64,000 bases of DNA from Lingula anatina. Its lineage: Eukaryota; Animalia; Brachiopoda. Location: positions 15,128,001 to 15,192,000 of the forward strand of contig CM120645.1 of the NCBI GenBank assembly GCA_051362555.1, read 5' to 3'. The notes below the pieces were generated by a model that saw nothing but the letters and a program-made list of their open reading frames with translations, had not been told where the DNA came from and did not search any database. This document shows positions 51,901-64,000 of the stretch, piece by piece (position 1 is the first letter of the stretch; every line of letters starts with the position of its first letter). A program made the translations under genes and the position numbers.

Positions 51901-54900
51901 CTACAAATTGCCAAAAAAAACAAAAAGGCACATTTATACCACCTTTTAGACTAATTCCTGCAATTTCTAACATATTCTAAACATTGCAAGCAAGAATAGT
52001 TTTCAATGATATGAACTTGCAATTTACTTAATTACACTCTACCAGGGCCACAGATTGATTCTTCACTATATATATTCACATATATGTCTCCAGATAAATT
52101 ATGGCACTTTTTTGCACTGTTAGAGATAGTCAGAGATAAGTGCACATAATTATCTGTATCCCTGGTAGAGAATACAATTCAAAGGCTGTCATCTCAAGAC
52201 TGCCACTGCTAGTTTCTCTCATTTCCAGGGGGAGATTGAGGTTGTTTTCTGGGTCTTCCAGAAGATGGTCAGAATTTTTCAAGTTTACTTAGACGAGCAT
52301 CTAATTTTTTCTGTTGAAAGTCAAAAATGGGGGAAGGATCAACAAAAATAATTTGAAAAATATCTCTGGATCCACCCTGATTTCATTAAGTGTTTGCAGG
52401 TACCGGTAGAGTATCATAATAAATATCAATATATACTTACATATTGAACACTTGGTGCTTGGTGTCTCCCAATTCCATGTACAAACTGAGCAATTGTGAT
52501 CTTTTACTATTAATCTACAGCTGACAAATTAAAATGATCTTACCCTTTGAATCAAATTTGCATGGTATGTTTCAGGAAAGATACCTATAAATAAAGAACA
52601 GATTTCTAGAAATGCATGGAAAGCTGTATCAGAGCAGTAGAAATTAGCCTTTAGTTACCTTCATGTTTGGAGTGGGGTGGTTAGTTTCAGGAAACATGCC
52701 TGTAAGAAAAGATTGAAACTATTCTGAGACTGAAATTTCTGCCTTCTCAACTCCCCCTCCCCACAAAAATACTAATATAAACAATAAATTAATTGATTGA
52801 CTGATCTATCAATCAATCAATCAATCTTCCAACTGATTAATTACTGTCCACATCTAGACACAATTTGACAATTAGGATTGATTCAAAAGCTGATAATTCA
52901 TGTTGAAGTCAACTTTAAGATTTGTCACTGAAATCAAATCCATCCCTGTTAGTCTACTAGTATGTTAGTCATCTAACTACACTGACACTACTGTATTTAC
53001 TTAAAACCATTTTGAGGTACAATAACTATTTATAGATCAAATAGTGAAAATGGTGTAATATGGGTATGTTGGATGAAAACTGGCCTGGTTGATCATTTTT
53101 GCCTATTTGAGATATAATATTAATAAGGCAAGTAACTTAAAACAGCTAAAATCCATCTCAAGTGAAGCAATATATGGGTTTATAGATTAACAGAAATACT
53201 CCTCACCTCCATTCATCAAACAAACACTTTCTATTTCAAGACCACCATCTTGGCCATCTCTCAGTCTGTCTTCATACCTGATGGAAATGGAAACATTCAA
53301 GTCAGAAAGTAAAACTCGTCAGACAAAATTATCAATTTAATCTAAATAAGTTAAAAATTTGCCCATTTGTAAAAAAAACTTCCCACTGAACTCTTTTCCC
53401 CTTAAAAGTAATTTTATTCAAAATGCCATCTTCTCAGTGATATAAGTCAATAATCTTGTCATTAAATTTAATCATTCAAGGACAAAACTTTATTTATCTA
53501 TTTATTTTTTTTATCTTTATTTTATTTTATTTTATTTTATTTTTTTTTTGCAAAATAGCTTAACAGTATCATCTGAATCACTTTAATTTGACTAAAAAGG
53601 TAAAATAAAAATTTAAAATATGTTAAGCATTTGGCTTCAATTTACTGTGCAAGAGTGAGTCCATATACAGTCAATAAAGCATGTGTTCCATACCTGCTGA
53701 GTACCTCCTGTGCATATGTATCTCCCAGATCATGTGCCAGTATATGCACAGTATCTATGCCCAGGTGGCCCATCAAGTGCTCAGCAATGTCTGCCTGCTC
53801 CATCACTGAGTAGTTGTGACCAGCCTGGAAGAAACAATCACTCAGTATTCTAAAACTGCAGTTGTTGGCTACTCAGAATTAGTTCAAATGAAATCAACGT
53901 TAAACCAGAAATATGCAATATATGGTCTATATAATCAGTGTGTTTGTGTGTGTTTGTTTTACATCAATTTAAATCTTTTTTTTTCTAACATCAGTAGTGA
54001 CACGCTGTTAAAGCTACAAATGTTTATCATTTTCTTTGGCCTTATTGATATATTTTTTTGACAATTTGGAATTTATTGTTTCCATTTGACAGCATCAATT
54101 TTTCTTTATCAAAGCAACAACCCAAATTATGTTTAATGTAACATTTACCGGTTTATCACTAAATCCAAATCCTAGAAAGTCCAGAACAATCAGACGACCA
54201 AACTCTCCTTTCAGGTCCTTCCACATCTAAAGAAAAAGATAAAATTCAAAATTGCTAGAATAAAATGAAGATAACAATTTTTTTTAAATAAATAGATACT
54301 CCCAGTATCTAATTTGTAACATACAATGTATTATGCAATAGCAACTGAAGACCAACACAAAAAATACTGCTAACCAGTGTTCATTCTAGGATGCGCCCTT
54401 GCGTCATTGACGCAGAAAAAATGTGATTGACGCATTTCGTAGAGTGAGCTGCGCCAACAAAATTCAAGAGAATTAACAGCGGCGCATTTTTGTGTTCTAA
54501 ACGCGCCCTCCAATTCAGCAAATTCACGGCCGAAGTTTGATTGTTTACTCGACTTCTCTTGACATCAAGATCTAATGTTAAACGTAACGAAGATATTCTT
54601 TACGCGTCGCAGTTTTAACAAAGATCTTAATTTATGCTGACGTCATGCGCTTTATGCAAATCAGTGGCGATCACCCCTCCTTTCCTGAATCCCTGATAGG
54701 CTGAGATTAATTGTCCATGTAAGTCAATTTGATCAACCCGTACATTGTGCATGACGGCGGAGAAAGCAAAATGGTATTTTAAGTTTTTAAAAGAAAATCG
54801 ATCCCGAAGATCACTCCAAAACGGCTAAGAACAGTAGCGACGGAGATGATCATGATCATGCACAGCAGACATTCCCACCAGAAAAGAGAACAAAAGTTTG

Positions 54901-57569
54901 TGCAGCCGTCACGACTGCTGATACCGCGTCGAATAGCAATGCAACTTCAAGGTCGTTTCAAAAATGGTGGAGAAATACTTACAAGTGGCTTGTACACGAC
55001 GATAACGCTTATGCATTGAAAAAAGGACTTCTTTCAAGGGACTAATAAATTTCGAACGAGTACCCTTATGTGACATGAGACGTCCGCTGCCATGCAAGAA
55101 ACGTCGGAAGCAGCTCAAGCTAAACAGGCTTTTTGCAGAGCTTTAGAAGGTAAGATATTATTTTTTTGTCAATATTTATTTAAACACAGAGCAATAGACA
55201 TCAAAGTGATTATCGTGACGGTCCCGGACCCACGTGTTGTAATTATATTTGTGCAGTTTGAGGAACTCTTGACAGTGCATTCTGGGATATCGCAATGCTG
55301 AACAACTATGTAAACAATGTGTTTGCTGCGTCGCATTGACATAGGGCGTCAAGCTCATGTTATTTCCCTGAACCTTATTTTTTGTATATATAGGTAAACT
55401 TTTTCAGATTCATTGTTCATAATTTTATTGTGTTGAGAAATTTGGTCTCAGTTCATGGTGATTAAGGGAAAAATAAAGTGAGGGATAGTGTGCTGGAGTA
55501 TTCTTTGTGGATACCTTCAACACTACTTAACATTTTATATAGGTTTTTATGCCCAAATTCAAATTTAATTGTAACTTTTATAACATTTCTAGGTAGAGAT
55601 GGAGCAATCATGGCAGTGGTGAAATCAGTTTACTGGATTGTTTAAGAGGGCATTGCAATTCACAAGTTCGGAAGGACTTAAATGTTGTCTGGTATACCTG
55701 GCAGCTAAACTGAAGAATTTCTCCTGAAAGTGGGGAAAAGGTCATCGTAAATTCTCCAGGGACCACCTTGTGACTTGTGCTAATTATGAGAAACAGTGCT
55801 AGGCAATACAGTGTCAATTCATTGACAATCTCATTAACAACATCAAAAAAGGAACAATTCTTAAAGTGATTTTTAGTAAGACCTATGTCTCTGCTGTCGA
55901 AATATGTGTGATATCATTCTCAATCTGGTAGCTGTTTATAAACGGATTATATATCATTATCAGGGATGAAACAATTAATTTCATAAGTCATGAATGCATG
56001 CCAGTTAGTCAAGGGTCATTGATAATGGGACAGAGGACAGAAGAGGTAAAATTAAATGGATTTTTCATAAATTGAAGCCAAAAATGGGTTTAAAATGTTG
56101 TTATAGTAAGAACTTGGTTATTGGTGAATAAATCGTGAACATATTTTAGTGTTATCTTATACTTGTTAACAAAAATTGGAGCGTCAACTCAAGGGTTTTG
56201 TTTTAGAAAATTGGGATTACTTATTGAATGTGATCAACTATAAGTCAACATATCTTTATAATAAATTTTTTTCATCTCTGAACATAAATACTACAGCAGT
56301 AAAACAACATGCGTTACATATTGTAATTTCAAGATTTGAACAAGGGCCCACTTTAAAATGTAATGACCCACTTTTTTTAATGTTGGGGGCCCTTTGTCCC
56401 ACATTGAAACATTCCTAGAATGAACACTGCTAACCATTTAGAATTTTACACAGTTATATAAAACTGTTGTTACACATGTATTAACAACTCTTAATATCTT
56501 ATTAACATACATGTATATCCAAAAATGTCTTAAGGACAAGGGAGGCAATGCAGCAATTTTCTCTTCCCCAAAAATCATCACATGTTATTGTTACATATCA
56601 ATAGAATCCTTGCTTCAACAGCTATTCATATCACACATTTATTTCATCCTGCAGCAGAAATATAATATTTACTGTACATACTTTGGAGAAGTCGTAACTC
56701 ATTGTGGGATAGCCATGCATCATAAGCAACACCTCTTTTGACTTAGCATCGCCACGTTCATCTGAAACAACAGTATAACTTTTTATTAATTAACTTGAAA
56801 ATATTAATACTCATTGTAACATAAATTGCTTATAACGGACAGCTATAGACACTTATCTGGAGCTGTTTAATTAAACTGATAAACTGATTTTTAATTTGAA
56901 AATTGAAACAGTAAATAAATAACTTTCATTATACGGTTACTGAAATGGTGGAGACAATATTAACATGTGGAATCCTAAACCATCACTGAATAGAAGTTTT
57001 TTTTTAAGACACAAGCACCTAACAGCATAAAATTAACATATACATCGTACCAATGAAAACATAAAAATAACAGGTTCAACAGTGGATCCAATATTACAGT
57101 TAAGTCTCTGAAGTGCATGTAACAGTACTGTTAGAACCCATTCCCACATCTACCGGTAGATAGATCTAGCAGGACCTATCTCTGAGGGGTTTCTCGCTAA
57201 ATTAACTTCAGCTTAAGCGGCTTAAATGTCTGGCAAGCCTACTGAAGCTGTTAAACAACAATTGATTACCTTCTTACAGCTTCAGTAGGAGTTCCAGACA
57301 TCAGAGCCGCTTAAACTGAAGGCAATTTAGCGAGAAACCCCTCAGAGATGGGTCTATCCTAACTACATCAATCTAAGTATGGGAATGGGGTCTGATACTA
57401 CATCCTCACCTATGTAGAATATCTGATGTCCCTTAAATGAGTGGTATTCTCCTCGGTCTTTCCACTGCTGCAGCTGAGGTGAGAGCTGAGGGGGAGGAAA
57501 GTTCACATAAATCCCCAGGAGAACAGCTAACACCACCACCCCAACACCTAACGTGGTCAGAAAACTCAT
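48979..57569 (-). CDS. MEST: Mesoderm-specific transcript homolog (alpha/beta hydrolase, epoxide-hydrolase-like), 332 aa
   Basis: Exons (minus) 57410-57569, 56682-56761, 54149-54226, 53694-53824, 53207-53277, [52659-52699 or 52544-52584], 51539-51606, 50823-50924, 50320-50396, 49450-49510, 48979-49108 = 999 nt. N-terminal hydrophobic anchor then PPPQLSPQLQQWK; HGYP oxyanion motif; DFLGFGFSDKP; nucleophile AHDLGD; IYGPADPIN; catalytic His in ISHYPLWEDP. Confidence 0.95.
50095..50309. mobile_element. MITE family A (PIF/Harbinger, Tourist-like)
   Basis: Perfect 17-bp TIR GACTGCATTCCCACAGA flanked by TAA on both sides. Confidence 0.85.
52544..52584 (-). CDS. MEST: MEST exon 6b, (G)IFPETYHANLIQR, putative mutually exclusive exon
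   Basis: 41 nt, phase 1 to 0, acceptor ttctttatttatag, donor AGG|gtaaga; clearly paralogous to 6a. Confidence 0.82.
52659..52699 (-). CDS. MEST: MEST exon 6a, (G)MFPETNHPTPNMK, putative mutually exclusive exon
   Basis: 41 nt, phase 1 to 0, acceptor ttttcttacag, donor AAG|gtaact. Confidence 0.8.
54375..56429 (+). mobile_element. Degenerate hAT-like DNA transposon in MEST intron 2
   Basis: Perfect 17-bp TIR CAGTGTTCATTCTAGGA with flanking direct repeat CTAAC. Internal frameshifted TTF-type zinc-finger remnant RSFQKWWRNTYKWL...FQGTNKFRTSTLM*HETS at ~54950-55090 and QFIDNLINNIK at ~55815-55850. Confidence 0.8.
57134..57392. mobile_element. MITE family A copy
   Basis: TIR GA(A/C)CCCATTCCCA, long internal inverted arms, similar to 50095-50309. 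Confidence 0.8.
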
Positions 57570-59198
57570 GAAGGCACACTGTGATAATTTCCTTTTTGTA
57601 GTCTTTGAAACCTAAAAAAAAATAGTGATTCATAAGATAAATATTTTCAAAGAAGTATTAAATACATGTATGATGTACCTTTCAAAATATACCCAGTATG
57701 ACATGAATTAAAAGCTTGATTCTGACATTTCGAAAAATACCTTTGAAAAAATAATGCTTCTGGCATACAAAATGGGTGTAGTCTATGGATTGTACGTACT
57801 AAACGCCTTCTCCTATATAAACATGGAACATCAATAGTTTTTTATCTGCCCTATTTTCCGACCCCAGTGCACTTAGAAACATGGTAACCGAGATTTCAAT
57901 TTGTCCTAATTTTTGACCCCTTGCACTGAAAATAATGTAAAGTCTTCAGTGTACTTGAGTGCCTCTAAGACCAATATCCGTCATTTACTGGAAACATGGA
58001 AACTGCATGTCACCTCTTTAGGCTGTACCATCATCAGGAGACAGCAGAGGGGCATGCCAATATTAAAACAGGTCAGTAAGTCGTAACAAATATAATAAGC
58101 CAAAACAAAACACACTGTTTGGAGCTGTACCTAGTACGCAGGATGCAGCTAGGGTGGCACGTACTCTGGACACTACAGGTGTGAATGTATATGTGCGTGC
58201 GTGCGGGGGGAGGGGCAAATGAAAATGATCAGGTCATTCAATGTCAAACTGTACTAAATTCAACTATCACTGGCTTCACCGACTTGCCTTCTGGTCCTAG
58301 GACTGCATTTGTCCGGTCTGTTTCAACGTAGATCGAAGTTCACGTGCACCGCCTACTTTGACTAGTTCCCTAATAACGTTTCTGCCACAATCGACAAAGT
58401 CAAGATACATTTCATGATGTGAGAACAGAAATATTTACATATGATAAAATACAAGGATAGCAATACAAAAAATCAACAAATATTCCATAACTCATCGCTT
58501 AATTTTCATACTGCAAGATAGAAATCTGTAAATGCTTCGTGGAACAATTCAAAGAATCTTGTCAGAGTTGTAAACAGCGGGTCGTGTCAACGTTGTTCAC
58601 CTTCGGTTCAAGATATATCTAGATCTGTATGACTTTAACAAAAGGAGACAAAGCTTAGCTTGAAAACTGCTTCGTGCGACTCAATCGTCACTTTGTGGAG
58701 ATAATTACATGCGTACATAAACAGTCACTCACAGCTCAACAAAGATTATGTGAAATTTCTGAAAACAACTTGAAGGAACGTAGTGGTCACATTAGTGGTA
58801 AGTAACACAAATGTAGACTGTTGTTGTTGTTGTTGAAAAAGCATAGATCTGCGTGATAAATGTACCGTTGCAACATGCATGTACGGTTGACAGAAACAGA
58901 GGTGACTTTGACAATGCTGTACACATGTTTATAGTTGTATTACTAACTGCGCTGTTTGTTACCCCGTATTTGATGTACTGTACATGTACTGTAGTTAGAT
59001 GTTCTGCCCATGATTGTACTGTATGTATCTTATTTGTGTCGTGAAGGTGTGTAGACCTACATTTGTCAATAAAAATAATCTTTGTACTAATCATAGATCT
59101 AAGTTCATTATACACTTTGTACATTAGTATGTAGCACTAAATTCCGCTCTAACAATACAACTGACTTTTTATGGATTACTTTTTCTGATACAATCTAC

Positions 59199-59242
<44 letters not shown>

Positions 59243-59769
59243 CATGTACATACATGTATATATACTGTATATGTATGTTCCAGTTTGCGCTACTGTATAT
59301 GTGCTGAATGTACAAGGTATATTTGCACATGTTAACACGTATACTACAATATGATATCATATCAGAAAATGTAAAATACAATTGCTATCATCATGAAAGT
59401 TCATTCTCATTTACTTGTTACTGGAAGAGCTAGAATCGAAGTCTGCAGCTGGCAGTGTTGGCTTTGTTGGGGTACTTGGAAGTGAAGCCATTTATACATG
59501 CAGTACTTGAAATTGGGTCCTGGTATATAGATCGATTCAACATCAGTGCCCCTTGCACACTAACTGAAAAAAATGCTAATGAATTTAATGTGAGTTTTTT
59601 TTCTGTTTTTTTTTTAGTAATAATATAAGGTTTTGTTTATTTTTATTTATTTTTTTTTTGGATGTATGTTTTAACATATAAATATATAATTATATTGAAT
59701 GCATACGCAGAAATATATTGTAAATCATCAAACACATTGTGTAATAGATGTTTACATGCCTGGTTATTT

Positions 59770-60019
59770 TCAATTCTCTCATCTCTGCGGGGAGAATACG
59801 ACTCCAACTGCGTCATACCTGGTTTTCAGAGTTATCTTACACAATTATCCGCACAACCAGGCAACCAGATCATTTTCCCTGCTTCAACCTCAACTTGCTG
59901 AGTGCTTAACGAGATGGCAGGTACCATTTTTATAAAGATCTTTGGTATGACCTGGTCGGGGATTGAACCGACCTCCTGCACTGAAGGCGAGCACTCAGCC
60001 ATTTGAGCAATCAGAACCA
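59770..60019 (-). mobile_element. tRNA-derived SINE
   Basis: Minus strand shows A-box-like GATTGCTCAAATGG, B-box GGTTCAATCCC, then the core CCAGGTCATACCAAAGATCTTTATAAAAATGGTAC typical of metazoan SINE central domains. Confidence 0.72.
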
Positions 60020-60468
60020 GTACTAGTATTTACTTTTGATTTTGAATGTCTAGTATACCAAAAGGAGAAGGCTTTGAAAGGAAACACCTACTTGCAGCTA
60101 TACCTGGCTTGGGAAGATAATATTATATTGCATATTTTTTCTACCAGCAAGCAGTCATGAAAATTTTGAACTGTTGATACAAATATTTTAAAAGCGACAC
60201 CACAATTTACCAATCACGACTTTTCTCTCAACACAATTTGCAGCTGTTCATGTGACTGGAGACAGTGGTTTAATGCTGAATCTAATTACACAAAGTCAAG
60301 AAATGAATCATTTTATGTGTACTTTTCAATTATGAATAAAAATTAAATTGACTTTCTCTGTCAAAGTGCAGCACCTTTAAGTCATCAACAGAATTAACAA
60401 TTAGAGAGAATATTTGGAATTCATGTCATTAACACTGGTAATTGGTTTCTTGTCAATGTTTCTTTTTT

Positions 60469-63400
60469 AAAAGGACACAAAAGAGGATTTTCGCGCCAAA
60501 ATTGATTTATCCTGATTTATCCCGAGGTTAACACTACTTTTCCGCGATTTACCAACCTTTAATCTATCATTCCCGGCACTCGCCATCGCTCTGTAACATT
60601 TTTGGAAAATACAATAAAAAGAAAACCTCCGCTTAAGCGGAGGTTTACCAACAACCACCTCCATTTTCATAATTGAGCTCTCTAGACTTCCGGATCTCGC
60701 GAGATTCTCGTATTGCGACCTAGTTAAAACCAGTTCCAGCTGCCGGGAAAGGACAACGTGAAACAGGAGGCTCAGTTATGCTGGGAGTCCTTCGAAGAAG
60801 CGAAGACAGATAACAAAAAGAAAAAAGAAACAGCCTTTACAAAAAACATGCGTAAAACAGTGTATCAGCAAATGTACGACAGGCAAACAATAAACACCGG
60901 CGAGGAGGAAGGCAGATGAAAACCTGCTTGGGTGGCCATGGATACGAAGAATGGCCTGGCCGCGAAGTATTTACTGGATTTGTGAGTACCATTTACAATA
61001 ATCTTTGAGATAAGACACCAGTGAAAATATTTATTAAGCACAGAGATTTATGTTTATTTACGTGTGTTCGTTGTATATCTTAACGATTGTCAGGCTCGTC
61101 TGTCAAAATATGCCATGAAATTGTAACTAATATGAGTGGTATCGATGACAGAAATTGCAAGTGTTGCTCATATGTCGACTCTGACAGGGTTTGGGTTAGT
61201 TTATAGAGCAAAGAAAGTTTAAATAAAAACGGACATGGTGGGAGATACTAGTCTCATTACATATACATTACAATGACCAGGGCGAATTTTTGACTTACCG
61301 AGGGCACATTTCTTGTGCCTCTAACATCTAGGCATACCACAGTAATTAAGACATATGACAAAGATGCTATTTCTTTAGGCATCTAAATCCCAAAATGAAT
61401 GTGCAGAAGCTGTTATTGTATCTAAGTTTAACCCAATGTTAAATGGCATGTCAACTATAAGTGAAAATAAATAGTAGTATTTTGATTTTATATTTTAAAG
61501 ACAATTTGTCTCCTTTTTACATTAAAAATAAATAAATCAGAAAGGGGATATTGCATGTTTATGTTTGGTACATCTCTCTAATGTATTAAATAGTCCAGAG
61601 TAATAATTTAGATCATACAATTTTAACTTCCAACCAGTATTTCGGAGATTAAACCAATATGAAGTGATCAAGAAACTTCAAAATTAAGTTGTAGTTAATA
61701 CTAGTGCAGTTGAAGATGACAGTCTAGATAATTTAAGGTGACCATATTGAGAAAAATGGCATTTATACTTATTTCAGTTGAGTTTTATACTTATTTCAGT
61801 TATGTTTTTACATAATTTTTCTCAAACTCGATTATCTTATTTTATGTACTGTTGCTTTTTTTTTTTTTTTGGTTGCAGTATCAAGGTAACTTTTTCCTAT
61901 GGTATGCCTGAACTGGAAGAAGTGCAGATGGAAGAGGAGGAAGATGCTGAAGAAGAGGGAATTAAAGGATCCTGATGATCCAACATGGGACTAAAACATG
62001 TCTTTAGAGTAAGAAGAATTTTAATAAGCTGATATTCACTCCTCATATATTAGGCATATAGGTGCATGATTTCTCTTTTATCAATTTTTTTTCTAAATTG
62101 GCGACACATAATGTAAACATAATGCAAGACTCTATTTCCTCCGTCAACTGAAACGAGCTAAGCTTTACCAAAGTATTGTGCACTCAATTCTAGAATATGC
62201 CTGCCCTGTGTGGCATCCAGGACTAACTATAGAGCAATGCAAACTCTAAGAGACTGACCAAACTCGTGCTTTGAAGATTATTTTCCCTGACCTATACTAT
62301 GATGAAACCCTGAACCTGGCATATGTGTACTTTAGATAAACGAAGAGATCTGTGCAAAACTTTCTTTTACAAAATAACTGAATCCTCTGACAAACTGAAT
62401 CACATCTTTATTGATCAATCCAATCGTCTTTTAAGATCAAACAATAGTAACAAAGTGCCACAATTTAAGACCGACAGATTCTGATGCTCTTTTATTCCGT
62501 ATGCACTTTTAAATTTCCAATAGTATTATGTTGTCTTTTATCCTAAGTACAATAATTTTAAAGTTCAATTAGCAGTCTTTTAACTCAGTTTTATTCAAGC
62601 AAATATTCACTTTATTTTCATTATAATTTTCTTAACACTATGTACAACTTCAACCCACTGGGTTGCAATCTTAATAAATTATTATTATTTTGATTTGCTT
62701 TTTTAGACCTAAAGGTTATGAGCAACTGCCAGTATGATGTCCTGAAGAAGAGTTTTTTACATGGAAGAGGAACTCCATGGCTCTCCACCAAAAAAAGATG
62801 AACTTTTCTTGAGGGTCCAAAGCGGGGACGAGTTGGATAGTGAGAGACTTTTCCTGACTTTCGAGTGCTGCTTACAGGATATATTCAGTGAACTCATCTT
62901 GCCAATGTGACAAAGCATAATCTGCTGACTTCAAACCATCTAGCACTTACATGTATGCTATAATGCAGACAGATTGGAAATCAAGGTGGTCTTTCCTCCC
63001 AAACCTAAGTCATATGCCTGATATTGAGAATAAACCATTTTGGTCCAGCATTTACTTCTTAAATCTAAATGACATCAAATGTATTATGGAATATGGTACT
63101 GGTGGCATATTGTGATTTCAACTTGATTTTAAACCAGTGTGTTGTTAGATTTTGTAAGATCACCAGTTGCAGTTTTGTGACTTTGTTACAGCATAAAATT
63201 CTGTATTTGGCAAATGACTGCATGTCATTTCTTTTAAGACCTACAAAAATGGTTTGAGTGAACACTTGTGCCTGTATTCAATTCTGCACTCAGCCATTAT
63301 TTAGAATTCATGCAGGGAAGCCATGCCTGTATTTTTTAAAGAAATATTTATACCTTTCTATTTATTCCCTGCACATCTTGGAAAAGTATGTGTGAATATC

Positions 63401-64000
63401 TTACTGATGAAACAATTTATGTTTGTGTAAGTTGGGTTGGTCCTTTCTTATGACACATCCCTTTGCATGGAGACTTTTGTGTCAGCTCACATGAGTCAAT
63501 ACACTGACAGAGAGGGGGATAATTTGTTGATCTGCAATCCTCATGGGTCTGCATGTACATCAGACTCTTAACATGATAGCCTGGCTATTAATAAGTCTCT
63601 CTCAAAAATGTTATCATACTATAATGTGTACTGCACAATGTGAAAGTTTGTGAATGCTTGAATAGAAGGCTTATTTATGAAGATGGCATTAATGAGTATG
63701 AAAATAATTATGCATTCTAGCTTACAGAATCTGTGTATGTCTTATTCATTACATGTGACAGGTAATAATAAAGATGATTTGGCCAAATTCCAAACTTATG
63801 TAGCAAACTTTGTTTATTCTTGTATTTTTGCCAAATATAAATAAAAGATGTTTCAATATTTAAACTTTTATTTCATTCATAATCTCTACCCAGTTAATGC
63901 TACATTGATACTGCAGCTTATGCTTTGTACATAACAATATGTTAATTAATAATAACAGTTGGATAGTACATGTTAATTTACTAAAGGGCAAGTTCTTAGA
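60469..64000 (+). mobile_element. Probable degenerate Kolobok-type transposon with intron-containing transposase pseudogene, running off the window
   Basis: Left end TTAA-AAGGACAC. Broken exon-like blocks at ~60780-60981, ~61879-62008 (acidic, DPDDPTWD), ~62707-62985 (ERLFLTFECCLQDIF) and ~63440-63600 (HPFAW...GDNLL/SAILMG) resemble Kolobok transposase motifs; many stops and frameshifts. Confidence 0.5.
62095..62689 (+). mobile_element. 5'-truncated LINE (CR1-group) 3' fragment
   Basis: Remnant RLYFLRQLKRA...SILEYACPVWHPGLT...RALKIIFPD; 3' stem-loop CAACCCACTGGGTTG, AATAAA and (ATT)n tail. Confidence 0.85.

Noticed and set aside
59940-60019. tRNA-like A/B boxes
   Set aside because: No complete cloverleaf, and it continues into a SINE core, so it is not called as a tRNA gene
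60467-60670. 67-aa minus-strand ORF
   Set aside because: Lies in the putative transposon terminus across a palindrome; no homology recognised

Overview
Intron-rich, AT-rich animal genomic DNA, probably lophotrochozoan or molluscan (inferred from the repeat types; species not identifiable here). I reconstructed four protein-coding genes exon by exon from GT-AG boundaries with consistent phases. (1) The 3' part of a plasma-membrane Ca2+-ATPase (PMCA/ATP2B, +) with two alternative terminal exons. (2) A complete TBC1D22A/B Rab-GAP (-). (3) A 7-exon, 215-aa uncharacterised signal-peptide, Cys-rich, probably GPI-anchored protein (+), head-to-head with TBC1D22, whose 13.4-kb intron 2 is a nest of Helentron-type (HINE/DINE-1-like) repeats. 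(4) A complete MEST-like alpha/beta hydrolase (-). The most notable signal is in MEST: two tandem paralogous 41-nt exons (GMFPETNHPTPNMK / GIFPETYHANLIQR) at the start of the cap domain that look mutually exclusive, plus a third candidate exon beside them. PMCA also carries a decayed duplicate of part of its TM9-TM10 exon. The remainder is transposon debris (Kolobok-like, hAT, MITEs, SINE, LINE) and micro/minisatellites. All calls come from manual reading; no database searches were run.
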